A stretch of 64,000 bases of DNA from Rhizophagus irregularis (GCF_026210795.1 NC_089433.1:4836001-4900000), one strand, 5' to 3'. Numbered from the stretch's first letter, positions 1 to 13,754 are shown. Notes: generated from the letters alone by a model not told the origin. Numbers and translations: made by a program.

Positions 1-1755
1 TTTCATTGGTATCAAAAAGCAGCAGAAAATGGTTACACTAGTGCAATGTTTAATTTAGCACATAGTTATAAAGATGGAGAAGGAACAGAAAAGAATTTAG
101 AAAAAACCTTTCATTGGTATCAAAAAGCAGCAGAAAATGGTTACACTAGTGCAATGTTTAATTTAGCCATATGTTATAAAAATGGAGAAGGAACAGAAAA
201 GATTTTAGAAAAAGCCTTTCATTGGTATCAAAAAGCAGCAGAAAATGGTTGCACTAATGCAATGTTTAATTTAGCCATATGTTATAAAAATGGAGAAGGA
301 ACAGAAAAGAATTTAGAAAAAACCTTTCATTGGTATCAAAAAGCGGCAGAAAAAGATTATATTTATGCAATGTTTAATTTAGCCATATTTTATAAAAATG
401 GAGAAGGAACAGAAAAGATTTTAGAAAAAGCCTTTCATTGGTATCAAAAAGCAGCAGAAAGAGATCATATTGAAGCAATGAATAGTTTAGCTATATGCTA
501 TAAAAATGGAGAAGGAACAGAAAAGAATTTAGAAAAAGCCCTTCATTGGTATCAAAAAGCAGCAGAAAATGGTTGCACTAATGCAATGTTTAATTTAGCC
601 ATATGTTATGAAAAAGGAGAAGGAACAGAAAAGATTTTAGAAAAAGCCCTTTATTGGTATCAAAAAGCAGCAGAAAATGGTTGCACTAATGCAACGTATA
701 ATTTAGCCATATGTTATAAAAATGGAGAAGAAATAGAAAAGAATTTAAAAAAAGCCTTTCATTTGTATCAAAAAGCAGCAGAAAAAGATCATATTAGAGC
801 AATGGATAGTTTAGCTATATGCTATAAAAATGGAGAAGGAACAGAAAAGAATTTAGAAAAAGCCTTTTATTGGTATCAAAAAGCAGCAGAAAAAGATTAT
901 ATTTATGCAATGTTTGATTTAGCTGATAGTTATTATAATGGAGAAGGAACAGAAAGAAATTTAAAAAAAGCCTTTCATTGGTATCAAAAAGCAGCAGAAA
1001 ATGGTTACACTAGTGCAATGTTTAATTTAGCCAATAGTTATAGAAATGGAGAAGGAACAGAAAAGCATTTAGAAAAAGCCCTTCATTGGTATCAAAAAGC
1101 AGCAGAAAATGGTCATACTAGTGCAATGTTTAATTTAGCCCATAGTTATAAATATGGAGAAGGAACAGAAAGGAATTTAGAAAAAGCCTTTCATTGGTAT
1201 CAAAAAGCAGCAGAAAAAGATCATATTAACGCAATGTTTGGTTTAGCTATGTGCTATGAAAATGGAGTAGGAACAGAAAAGAATTTAGAAAAAGCCTTTC
1301 ATTGGTATCAAAAAGCAGCAGAAAATGGTTACACTAGTGCAATGTTTAATTTAGCCAATAAATACAAAGATGGAGAAGGAACAGAAAAGAATTTAGAAAA
1401 AGCCTTTCATTGGTATCAAAAAACAGCAGAAAGAGATCATATTAAAGCAATGAATAATTTAGCCAATCGCTATTATAATGGAGAAGGAACAGTAAAGAAT
1501 TTAGAAAAAGCCTTTTATTGGTATCAAAAAGCAGCAGAAAATGGTGAAATAGTAGCAATGAATACTTTAGCCAATCACTATTATAATGGAAAAGGTATAG
1601 AAAAGAATTTAGAAAAAGCCTTTCATTGGTATCAAAAAGCAGCAGAAAAAGATCATATTGAAGCAATGAATAGTTTAGCTATATGCTATGAAAATGGAGG
1701 AGGAACAGAAAAGAATTTAGAAAAAGCCTTTTATTGGTATCAAAAAGCAGCAGAA
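1..1755 (+). repeat. Coding tandem array of 108-bp Sel1 repeats
   Basis: The TT(T/C)ATTGGTATCAAAAAGCAGCAGAA-type motif recurs every 108 bp from 1 to 1729. Confidence 0.97.
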
Positions 1756-3119
1756 AATGATAAAGTAAATCCTAAAAATGAAGTTAAATCATGTAATGAA
1801 TGCAAGCAACCATATACTGATTATCAGTGGTGCCAACAATGTAATACTAGACGATTTCAACAAGATTTTTCAAAATGGACTAGTAAAAATAAATTTATTG
1901 ATGAATTTATTCAAGAAGCACAACTAAATGCTAAAAATAGTTATGGAATTTTAGAATGGATACCTTATAATAAATTGTCAAGTATTAGTTATTATAATAA
2001 AGGAGGATTTGGTGAAATCCATAAAGCTATCTGGTTAGATGGACCTATTTATAGTTGGAATTTTAAAAAACAACAATGGAATAGACAAATAGATTATGTT
2101 GTTATTCTTAAAATGCTTAATAATTCATCAAGTTTAGATAGTAAATTTCTGGATGAGGTATAGTATTTATTTTAATAGCAAATTTTATTTCTTTCGCAAA
2201 AAATTTAACAATTTTTTTATTGTCTATATAGTGGAAATATCACTATAATTGTCAAAAAAAATCATTTTCAAAATTTATTCAATTCTTTGGAATTACTCAA
2301 GATCCAAATAATTTAAATTATATAATTGTAATGAGTTATGCAAAAAAAGGAAGTTTAAGAAAATGTTTGTCTGATATAATTAAATTTAAGTGGCAAGACA
2401 AGTTACAATTATTGAAAACAATTATATTAGGACTTAAAGTAATTCACGAATCAAATTTAACTCATGGTGACTTTCATGATGGTAATGTTTTAATATCAGA
2501 TAATTACAATGAGTTATTTATTATTGATTTGGGACTATGTAAACCTATAAGTGATTCTGGTAATAAGGTTAATGAAATTTATGGAGTTCTACCTTATATG
2601 GCTCCTGAAATATTAAGAAACAAACCTTATACCCCAGCAAGTGATATTTATAGTCTTTCAGTGATAATGTGGGAATTTACATCAGGTGCTCCTCCATTTT
2701 ATCATGAAGCACATGATCATCACCTTAGCTTGGATATTTGTAGAGGAAAACGTCCCAAAATTATAGAAAATACTCCAAAATGCTATATAGATTTAATGGA
2801 AAAATGTTGGGATTCAAATCCTTCCAACAGACCAACCATAAGAATGCTTGAAAATATTATATCTGAATGGATTAGATGTATTAATAAATATTATGAAATA
2901 AACAGGGATGGAGAACATAACTTTTTAGTACCAAATGTTTATAATCAATTAAAAGATGATATGCTTGAATTTGTAGAAGCAAACAAAACGTTAGTACAAG
3001 AACAGGCAAATACTTCTATTATGCAATCTCATCCACAAGCATATTATACAAGTCGCAAATTTACTGAAATTTTAACTCAAGAAGGGACTCAAGGTCTTGA
3101 TTGTATGATTGAAGATTAA
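1..3119 (+). CDS. Sel1-like-repeat protein kinase (tyrosine-kinase-like), 5'-truncated by the window edge; exons <1-2157 and 2232-3119
   Basis: Frame is open from base 1. 16 full 36-aa Sel1 repeats (AMFNLAxxYxNGEGTEKNLEKAFHWYQKAAE), then a CNEC..WCQQC motif, KGGFG loop and VILK. GT..AG intron 2158-2231 restores the frame (FLDE|WKYH..FFGITQDP). HGDFHDGN, DLG, APE and C-terminal HPQAYYTSR follow. Confidence 0.95.
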
Positions 3120-3470
3120 TGATCTTGTTATTTATTGAATTATTTATATTATGTAATTTACAATTTTGTAATAAAATAAATATTATTAAATATAAGTATA
3201 ATAATTATTGAATAATGTTCGTTTATAAAATATTTTTAATTTATTAATTCTTATAAATTATAATGATTATGGTACATTTCACCAAAGTCTGTTTTGCAGA
3301 AACTCATTTTTACAGTCATTTCGCTAAAGGGAGGTTTTGGAAGTTTTGCAGAAGAGACATTTCATCAAGGGAATTTCGCTGACTCCTCCTCTGAATCATC
3401 TATTTTGTTGGAGACATTTTGCTTAAAATGTTAGTGATTGACATATTTCTTTAATTAAAAACAATTTAAT

Positions 3471-4066
3471 TAGGGATGGATTGGTCCGGTCCAGTCCAGT
3501 CTGGTCCCAAAAAGACCAGTCTTTCAGCTAGGACCAGACTGGACCGGTCTTTTGACTGGTCTTTAAAGTTTTTAAATTATCTTATTTATAACAGCGGTAT
3601 TCTTTGAAATGTAGGTCGCACAAAAAATTATGACATTAATTTATTATTTATTACCTTTGTTTCATTGCAAACTAAGTATGACCCAAATAAAATCTCAAAG
3701 TTTAAGAGTAAAAATACCGGAAAGAATTTTAAAACCTTATACAACTATCGAAATATGAAAAAAAATTGTCAATTGACGCTGATCATGTAACACAAAATAA
3801 TTGCATATACGAAAAAAAATTATTTCTCGTACTTTGACATCTTTAAAGCATCAATGAGAAATCAAATGATATTGATATTTAAAATTTTGATATTTCAGAA
3901 TGAAAACTTTATTAATAATATATAATTTATCATTTTTATATTGGATAAAAAATTTTATGTAGTCAGTCCCAGTCCGGACTGGTCCTCAAATCTCGGACCG
4001 AAGACCATGAAGACCGGTCCCAAGACTGATACAGGACCGGTCTTTGCTGGGACTGATCCAACTCTA
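3471..4066. mobile_element. Non-autonomous hAT-like DNA transposon (MITE), 596 bp
   Basis: Imperfect TIRs (TAGGGATGGATTGGTCC; reverse complement of right end TAGAGTTGGATCAGTCC). Perfect 8-bp TSD AATTTAAT at 3463-3470 and 4067-4074. Many subterminal GGACC/GGTCC/GACTG motifs at both ends. No ORF. Confidence 0.85.
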
Positions 4067-5109
4067 AATTTAATACAAAGAAAATAATAAATTTTCAAAG
4101 AACAAATTCTCTTTTTCGCTTATTCCAGAAAATTGGGAGTATGATGATTTCATTATCTTAAATTTAAGATCAAATAAAATTAATAAAAAAAAATGAGTTG
4201 ATATAATGTATAAATAATTCATTATCTTTAAAAAAAAAAGAAAGTTAAGAAGTTCTATATCTTTGGCAAAATGTCTTTCAGCAAATACTAGATTAATTTG
4301 AATTAGTATTTTTTTTTTTTCATATTTAATTATAATTATTAAATATTAAATTAATATAAAATAAATTTATTTATTTCAAATTATGTACGATGATAAATGA
4401 AAATGGAATTTAAAATTCTATAATCACTATACTGATTTACTATCTATCAACCTCTTTATCTACAATATAAAATAGCTTATCAATCTCAATTGGGAAAGGG
4501 AGATATAGTCTAAGTTGATTCAGAAAGACTAGCATAAATTATACAACTTCAATAAATAAATTTTTATGATAATACTTAGGTGTAAAGTTGCTATTATAGT
4601 TGGTATCCAAGTCCATTTCACTAAAACTCATTTTTCTGAAGAAATTTTGCCATAAATGTTTCACCTAAGTGCCATTTCACCAACAAACAATTTCCCGAAT
4701 GGACATTCTCACTATTATTAAAAAAAAAGGAAAGAAACCTGAACAACCAAGGAATTTATGAAACATGATAATAGAAAAAACTATTGTGTACCAATCAAAT
4801 AAGCAAGTGAAGGAAAAGCCAACTGGAACAATATCCAAATCTGGATCCATTAAGATAAATTTCTTATTAAGAAATAATCGTTAAAATTTTATTTTTTTAT
4901 AATAAAGTTATATAATTATTAATGGATTTTATATATTTTAATGATAAAAGCCACCAATTTAAGTTCGTTTAATATGACCACGTCATAAAGCATAGTGTCA
5001 CATGATTATGTGACATAATCTTTTTTTATGCTTTTTTTCTAAAAACTTCATTATAAATATTTAATTTTACTATTGTTCATCTATTCTCCCATTCTTTCCC
5101 CTCTTAAAT

Positions 5110-6450
5110 ACATGATATACTTTCAAATTGGTATGGTAAAGCCTAATGTTTTTTTAAAAAATTAAAAGCTCCATGTTACTATTGGTTAAACTACTGAATT
5201 AGAAGAAATGGGTTAAAAAATAATTTATATGGATAATTTAGGAAAAAGAAAATGAGCATACAAATATGAGGAGAACGCAATGAACCTGGATAGGAAGTTT
5301 TTGATGTCAACCTTGTAATGCTAAAAGATTTTGAGAAAATTTTAAAAATTGGATTAATTAAAATAAAGAAATTGATGAATTAATTCAAAATTGTAAAATT
5401 TTATACTTTACAAAATATTTTGAATGGATACCTTACTTATAAAATTTCTAAAGATATTACAAGATATTACTATATTACAAGTTGCGAATTTAATAAAATT
5501 TATTTGGTTAAGTAGTATGAAGGATACATTAGGTGTCGGGTATTGAGAATCAGAACTGATAAAAAATTCGTATTTCACGGTTGCATTAAAAGTTTTAATA
5601 ATTCCTTTGATACAACAAAGATGAAATAATTCGAAATCTATTTTACTTCATATATACAATTTTTTTGTAACAAATATGATTTTTTATATATGTCTTTTCC
5701 CCTCATCCTTTAATGTTCATATTAGATTAAATCCATCTTCTTATTTATTTTGAAGACGTTGTTAGATGTTTTGTGTAACTCAAGATCCAATTACTAAAAT
5801 TTATATTATGGTTTTAAGATATTGTAAAAATAGTAATTTAATAAATTGTTTAAGTATATAAATTGCAAGAGTCATTCAGGAAATATACTAGTTTTTTCAT
5901 ATATAACGTGTCAACCAGTAAATGGTAAAACAGCTGGTAAAACGGTTGAAGAAGGAATGGAATTTATGGAGTATTACCTTATATTGCACCAGAAGGTTTA
6001 CGTAGTCATCAATATACATAAGGAGCAGATATTTAATTATTTGGAATAATAATAGATGAATTTCTTTCTTAAAAAAATTCCTTATAATCATATTTCTAAT
6101 GATGAATTTTAAAGTATGTAAAGGAGTTAAACCAAAATTCTAAAGACATACCAAAATTATTGTAGGTTTGATAATGAGATGCTGAAAAAGAAAAATAGGC
6201 TAACCATTGAAGAGTTACATCAAGATATTAAAAAACTGAAATAATAAAATTTAAAATAAAGGTAGTAGAGATAGTTAAGATAGTGAATTAAAAAGTGAAA
6301 TGTGTTTCAAATAAAAGAATGTGATAAAATTGAAGAAAAAAAATTTAAAAGCGGATTAAGATAAATTCAAAAATATTCAAACACAACCAAAAGCAACTTA
6401 TGCTTGCATCTAGCAGACATTAAATTACAAAAATCTCCATAGTGTTAACT
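5110..6450 (+). pseudogene. Decayed tyrosine-kinase-like kinase
   Basis: Frameshifted remnants of EWIPY (~5421), TQDP..YIMVL (~5778), YGVLPYIAPE (~5965) and a degenerate HPKA..SR C-terminus (~6380), with many stops. Boundaries approximate. Confidence 0.8.
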
Positions 6451-6936
6451 ATAATATTTGATCAATATCAATATCGGCAAAGATATAATAGATTCCAAAC
6501 GTTTAATAATTCAACATAAATATTCTTTATATAATAATAACATTATTGTAATGCTGGTTGGAATTTTATAATTGACTTATACTTGGTGCTATTTCTGCAT
6601 ATCTACTGTAGTATATCAATATATTATTTAGTTAAAGGAATAAATTAAAAAATAGTAAAAGATTCTGTCGTAATTAATTTTAATATATTTTGAAGTAATT
6701 AAACTTTGATAATTTAGATTTTTGAGAATGATCAGCTGATAAAATCTTGGTAAGACAAGCCGCAGATTGTGCAGATTGGCGTAACGAATGAATGGGTTGT
6801 ACATCAAATATCTAATTTGGTCGAATATGAAACAAATGTAAATATTGGCGTAAATATTACAGTATAAAGTTATATTATAAAAAAAAATATTTAAATACTG
6901 TCTTACCACAATTAAAACCTTATTCTTTTTAACGAA

Positions 6937-8445
6937 ATGTCTACTCAATTTTTTACAAAATTAAGTCAAAATTATATTGAATTATTAAAAGATGATGAAT
7001 ATTATGATATTACAATTGAAGTTGGTGAAGATCCTAACGTAAAAATATTTCGTGCTCACATGAATATTTTGTGTTACCGTTCTCCATATTTACGACGAAT
7101 TTTATCTTCCAATAAAAAAAACAACAATAACGTATTAACTCACATAAAATTATCAAATATTTCACCGAAAATATTTCAAAATATTTTAGAGTAAGTAAAT
7201 AATATATTCTATATTAACGGATAATAAATAACATTCATGAAATTTTTGTTATATAGATATATTTATGGCGGTGTTCTATCGTTGAATGATTATGACATTT
7301 CAGATTCTCTTAAAGTTTTGGCCGCTGCAGATAACCTCCATCTTCAAGAATTAGTTGATTATTTACAAAAATATTTAATTGAAAATAAGTCAGATTTGAT
7401 AGAACAACATTTTGGAATGATTCAACAAATTTCTTCACAATCTAATAATTTATTAGAACTTCAAGAGTTTTGTACAAATTTAATGGTTCAATCACCCCAA
7501 AAAATATTCAAATCTTTTGATTTCACCAAACTTTCTGAAAAATCTTTAATTTCGCTTATTAAAAATGATGATTTACAAATGAAAGAAATCGAAGTGTGGG
7601 AACATGTATTAAAATGGGGTCTTGCACAAAATTTAACTCTCATTCCGGATCCTAAAACTTGGTCAGATGATGATTTCAAAACGATGAAAAATATTTTACA
7701 ACACTGTTTGCCTTTAATTAGATTTTTTAGTTTATCGTCTAGAGAATTCTCACAAAAAGTTCGTCCATATCAAAAACTCTTAGATCAACAATTATATGAA
7801 GATTTATTGAATTCTTATTTGGAACCTGGTGGTGTGTCAAAATACAACGTTTTACGCCCAAGAAAAATTAAGAATGATGAAATTAAAATTGTCGATTCCC
7901 AAATTATTGATTCAAAAATTGTAGATTCTAATATTATTTCAACCGTTTCAAAATGGGTTGATAAAGTAGCTATAAATAATGATAATTATGAGGAATTATA
8001 TTTACCATACAAATTTGAATTATTATTAAGAGGAAGTCGAGATGGATTTACTCCTAAAAAATTTCATGAATTATGCGATGGCAAAGCTAATACTGTTACA
8101 TTTATTAAAGTAAAAGGAAATGAAGAAGTTCTTGGTGGATATAATCCTATGAAGTGGGAAACTACTGGCAAATGGTGTTATACTAATAAAAGTTTTATTT
8201 TTTCTTTTAAAAATAAGAATATTAAAGATGCAATTTTAAGTAATGTAAGAGACGCATGGCAAGCATTAGATTATAGCAGATCATGTGGTCCACAGTTCGG
8301 CCAAGATCTTAACATAAGTTCTAAAAATACTAAATCTTTTAATGTAACTTATTGTAGAAAAGTGATGTATGAAAGAAATATAAGAGACACTGAAGATAAA
8401 TTTTCAATAGAAGATTATGAAGTATTTCAAATAATAAGAAGCTAA
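6937..8445 (+). CDS. BTB/POZ-BACK-TLDc domain protein; exons 6937-7190 and 7257-8445
   Basis: BTB N-terminus (YYDITIEVGEDPNVKIFRAHMNILCYRSPY). GTAAGT..TAG intron joins ILE|YIYGG. BACK-like region (EIEVWEHVLKWG). TLDc motifs FELLLRGSRDGF, GGYNP, GPQFG, IEDYEVFQI. Confidence 0.95.
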
Positions 8446-8589
8446 CTACTGTATATATAGATAATTTCTTGTTAAATAAAAAAAATAAAACTGAAGTTCT
8501 ATATATATGAGACCAAATCTTGGCTTCTTTTTGATAATTATTAATCACGTTTGTTTTTTATTTGTTAAAGACAAAACCAAATTAATATT

Positions 8590-9365
8590 TACAGTATAAA
8601 GGATATAATGAGACTTAATGCTGTTACATTTTTATAAATGAAATTCTTGGTAGTGGTTTAGCATTTTAGGGATTTAAAAAATTTATTGAAGATGTTCGTA
8701 TTTATTAATTTGTACTTATTAAATATTCTAATAATACGGAATATAAATTTCGTTTCCCTCGCATGTTTTCCCTCCTTTTAGCTCAAACTTTATTTATTCT
8801 TTAGAAGTAAAACAATTTTAATTTCAGTGTTCAGCGTTTTCTTAATTTAATTTGAAACTCCAAAATTTTTTTTTCATCGTCTTTTTTTTTTCTTAGCCAA
8901 CTTCACTCGCAATCAATTCAATAAAAAATTTTGTAATTTTATGAAAGAATCATTTTCAAAACTTGTTTGATATATCATGTTAAAATTTTGTTCCATTAGT
9001 TTTTTTTGTTTCTAATCAAAAATAATGTAAATGAAGGATTTAATGCTTTAAAACAAAGTTCACCGGCAGCGATCAAGATTTTAATGATGTCTGAAGTATC
9101 GTATTCCTCTAAAGAAAGCCTCCTTCCATTAGTTAATATACATAAAAAAAAAATTTAAATAGTAACATAAAAATTATTTATTTTTTATTTTTATACAAAT
9201 TTCCTATTTTAATTCTCAAGATTATTTGAAAAATTTTAGGTAAAATATTTGGTAATTTAATATGTAAAAGAATTCCATCATTTTTTTTGTTAACATCAGT
9301 TGATAATATTCTTCTATGTGCACGACAATATAATTTTGGTAAAAATGGTAAAAATTCATCATCAT
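8590..9365 (-). pseudogene. Decayed BTB(-TLDc) paralogue, tail-to-tail with the intact gene
   Basis: Minus-strand fragments LPKL..RAH, HIKLPNILPKIFQIILR, SLEEYDTSDIIKILIAAGEL, MEQNFNMIYQTSFENDSFIKLQKF and KFEL, broken by deletions and stops. Boundaries approximate. Confidence 0.75.
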
Positions 9366-10784
9366 ATATTATAAAGAAAGAAATATGGCAGTCGGCTAGT
9401 AAATTTATATATGGTAATTCCATTTAAATTCCAATCATCCTGTCGGATATTTACAAATTTTGATTTAGTAAAAATTGAATTGTGCTGTGCTAAATCCTGA
9501 TTGTTAATATCGAACTGACTAAAATAATCGTCAATTGTGGAAATAATTTCGTTTCTCGAATTAAAGACCAATCTATGAAATATTGGATGAGGTATATTGT
9601 TATTTGTTACCATCTCATTATTGGCTTCATCCTTAGAGCTAGATAATTCACTCTGTTTCAGATTCTGTTTCAAAATATACAATACTCACTTGGACTAATG
9701 AAGTCACAAGTTTCTATATCCATATTTTGTTTGGAAAACATGGTTATTATAACCTCTCCATCTGAATTAATTTCAGTAAATTCAGGGAGTAATAATTCAT
9801 AAAATGTATATAATGGAGAAGACGGTACATCATTGCCATTACGATTCATAATGCAGAAAAACAAGCAATAAAAAATGAAATTTTATGCTAGTATCATTAT
9901 TTTGCCAAATTCAGCAATCATGTATTAACTTTGTAAGGTGTATTGTTAAATTTTGTAACTTCGCTGCAATATTATTACTTTAGAATATCAGGCTTATTTT
10001 TTATGCTATAACCATTTCTACAAGTATTGCATGAAATGTGCTACTGTAATATTCATTAGCAGTTATGTTGTAATCTATTTTTTTTGTATAAAATCAATAA
10101 AGAATCTGTATACTACATAACGGTAAATAAAAACTAATGTCTAATTCATTATTATTAGTAATCAATCAATATCCAAAAAGTTGAATAATATAAGGCATGG
10201 TAAACACTCATATTTGCAACAAGCTGTCCGTATGTCGATGAAGGAATAAATGTTTTGCGTAAAAAACGCTCAATTAGCTTCTGTTTCATTTCAGTAATAG
10301 GCATTTCATCTGCGAAATCAGTAAACAGCAATATCATTGGTTACTGTATTGGTTATATCCGTCTTAGAACGCGTTTTGTAAGTCCAAAGCATTAGAGTCT
10401 TATTAATATTAGCTGATATATCGACTTGAAATGATTATAATTTAAATCTGATGACTCGGCAATATTGAGTTGCAGTACATAATCTAGTATAACTGCCCCA
10501 GATGCACCCTCAAAAAATTCTGCATACGGCATTATGTACAGTACGAACATATGAAAGTAAACAATGACGTATAAGGGTGACAAATAAGATTTTACCTACT
10601 CAATAAAACAGCCCCTCAGATAAATATAAACAGTGGAAACGTAGTGGGTGTGATGCCTGTAATGATTTAAAAGTATTGCAGAATATTTTTGGGTGCAGCT
10701 GGGCTAGATATCTAGTAATGATACAATAATGGCACAGCTAAATCATTGCTTCGCAGTTCAAAAACGTGTAAAATGCTCCGCCAT
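9362..10784 (-). pseudogene. Decayed multi-exon gene of unknown family (possibly TE-derived)
   Basis: Chain of coding-like fragments on one strand (10392-10583, 10155-10337, 9670-9864, 9362-9682) after an ATG at 10784. In-frame TGA/TAG stops and frameshifts. No recognisable motif. Confidence 0.4.
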
Positions 10785-11189
10785 TCGAAAATGTTAGTCA
10801 ATAAATAATTTAACGTTAACGAAATAAATGTTTTTTACCATTTTTATTAAAAAACACTGCGAAAATGTTTATTAATAAATAATATAATAAAAAAAGTGGT
10901 TCACAGCGTTTTTTTTAACATTTTAATAAAATGTTGTGAGATAACAATTTTAAAAAAAAAAACGCTACACTACGTTCTTTGATAATAATTTGATAAAAAC
11001 ATTTTTACTAAATTTATATTCATACATTTTTATTATTTATATATTATAAATAAAATATAATAAGCAGTGAATGAAGAAAATCTAAGTAATAATTCTATAG
11101 TATGGTGAGAGTTTAACAAATTCTTTCTTTTTGACAAGAGTAATGATAAAGTCCCAGCCTAGATTAAATTATATATTTTAAATTATATA

Positions 11190-13754
11190 CAGCCGACCCT
11201 TCTATAATCACACCCTTCGGGACCACCAAATGGCGTGGTTATATAGAGGTGTGCTTATATGCATATAATCACATATATATAAAATTTATTATTGGTATGA
11301 TTATACACAAAGATTTACAATTGAGAATATTATTACTACGTGTAATTTTTATTTAAATATATATTTATAATAATTTAATAAATATTAAAAAAGGTTTGTT
11401 GAAAATAAAATTATCTTAAAAAAACTTATAATTTCCCGCCATCCCTTCCCGTCTATTACATAGTTTTTTTACGAAACACAGAACTTAAAATTTGCATCGT
11501 TACATAAATGCATTTTTTAGTTTTCTTATATGACCCTAATAATTCAGTTACGCAAAAATACTAATTTATTTACTATAAAACTATATTATAATTATTATAT
11601 AAAACTAATAAAAGTATAAACGTACAATATGACTTATTAATCTTGTTTTTCAAAAAACTATCAAGAGTGCTTTGTTAAACTCTTTAACTCTTATTATTCG
11701 TAAATATTTTCTAAAAATACGCAAATCAAAATAATTAATAAATGTTTTCAATGCATTAACTCCTTCCTTATCTGATATTAATTGTATTTCTTCATCCGAA
11801 GTATCTTCATCTCCAATTTCTTCATCATATATTAATTATTTGTTCATCAGTAGTAAGATGCTCTTCAGTTAAAATTTCACTATCAAATTCCTTAAAAAAT
11901 TCTCGTAAAAGATCAGCTTCCGGAAGACAATCAAAATTGATTTCAATATCAGAATCATTTAAACTATCCGTCTCTTGTAAATTTTCAACGTCATCTATAA
12001 TATAATCAGAAGATGGTAGAATACCAGTTTTAATCCAACAATTTCGTATAGTTGATTGACACTATTCCATGCTTCGGCAATATAATCTATCGCTTCTTTG
12101 ATATTTAATTTATTTCTAATATAGGATACAAATTAATTAAGAAATTATAAATAAATTAAATAAAAAATATAAGTTTAACTTACTTTTCACAATCCATTCC
12201 ATTATCAAATTGCCAGATTAAATGTAAGCAAAATTCTCGTTAATATCTGGATTTAAAGCTATGGATAATTCCTGCATCCATTGGTTGAAGATGAGCAGTA
12301 GTATTTGGAGGAAGATAAACAAGTTCAATATTAGTAAGCTTAATATCAGGTTTTTTTTTAATAGGTTTCTTTTTTGATTTTTTCTGATTTTGAGCTGAAT
12401 GAGATGATTCTGCAACTTCTCCTTCTGTATTATGATCATCATCACTTAAATCAGAATTATTTTCGCTAAATAGAATGAATTAAAATGCAATCCAGCATTA
12501 TCAACAAGAAGTAAAATTTTTCGATCCATTGTACGAACCAAATTATCGAGATAATGAAGCCATTCAACAAAAATATCTGATCCCGTCCAGGCTTTTGAAT
12601 TAGCACGGTAAATTACAGGAAGACTTGATCTATTTATATTTTTAAAACAACTAATGTGGATTAAGTGACTTTTCGATTACAAGAGGAGGAAATTTGTGTG
12701 AGCCATAAGAATTACTACATAAAAGAACTGAAAGTCAGTTTTTATCCTAACTTATAATTATAAACAGATAAAGTTTAATCTTAAATAACAATTTAAAAAT
12801 AATTAATTTCTGTTTCTGTTAAAACTTACTTTTTTTCGTCTAGAAATTTTTCCTGTACTAAGTGTTTGATTAGGTTCCATCCGAAAAAAAAAGGCTGCAT
12901 TATAAATATCCTTTTCATCATATTTAGCTAAAAGTGTACGTAAACGTAAACGTTCTTATGGGAGAGTCTCTAATGGAGAACTATTGGCTTCTCCCGAAAA
13001 ATGAACTCTTTGAAGATCATTTTGCAACTTAAACCTATAAATCAAACCATTAGTACATTTTAGTTGGTCTTCAATATTTAATAACTTGGCAAACTCTATT
13101 CCTTTAAGTTGTAATATTGAGTTCGATAAAGGAAGGCCTGCCGCTGTTGCTTGTGAAGTCCAAATTTGCATAACTTTTTCAAGTTCTGGAAATTGAACAG
13201 AATGGTTGTGGTAAATATGTGAAGTTTGTGAAATAGATAAAACTTTTCATGTTCCTTTTATATTTTACTAATAGTTGTTCTATCAATATTTAAATCTTGA
13301 TATTTTTCGTTAAAAAATAATGCAATGTTGCCTTGACTTATATTAGGATTGCTTTCATATATTCACAAATTTCTTTTTTATATTAATACTAATAGCAGTA
13401 CGTGTATTTTTTGATTTTTCTGAACAAATAGGTGGCATGTTAAACAAAGTAATGAAGTATAAATTGCATATTACGTGTACTGCGTATACTGCGCATAGTG
13501 TAATATTTTATAGATTATCAAGTTGTACAATTTATTGTGATTGTATAAGGGGATATAATTTTACTGTGATTATATAGAAGGAAATTTTCTTATATTTACT
13601 ATAAGATGGGACCGAAAAATTATGTGATTATATTTATACATATATTGTGACTATAAAAAAGGAATTTTATTATTAAAATAACCGGGACTAATGAATAGTG
13701 TGATTAAAAAAAGGAAGTGATTATATTGGAGGCGACTATAGAGGGGTACGACTG
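11190..13754 (-). mobile_element. Tc1/mariner superfamily, pogo/Tigger-like DNA transposon, degenerate
   Basis: TA on both flanks (11188-11189, 13755-13756). TIRs CAGCCGACCCTTCTATAATCAC and (reverse complement) CAGTCGTACCCCTCTATAGTCGC. Internal minus-strand CENP-B HTH/DDE transposase remnants. Confidence 0.9.
11640..13438 (-). pseudogene. Pogo/Tigger (CENP-B HTH + DDE_1) transposase, frameshifted, with introns
   Basis: MPPICSEKSKNTRTAISINIKKEICEY; FPELEKVMQIW..HFSGEANS; ANSKAW; KILLLVDNAG; YLPPNTTAHLQPMDAGII; TIRNCWIKTGIL; QSTLDSF. Multiple stops and frameshifts. Confidence 0.85.

Noticed and set aside
1442..1666. Minus-strand 74-aa ORF, and similar short antisense ORFs over the BTB, PARN, GID4 and COQ3 genes
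   Set aside because: Shadows of real genes on the opposite strand, with no motifs.
1..1755. Regular 108-bp repeats as a CRISPR array
   Set aside because: The repeats are contiguous, in frame and encode Sel1 motifs. There are no unique spacers or cas genes, and the context is eukaryotic.
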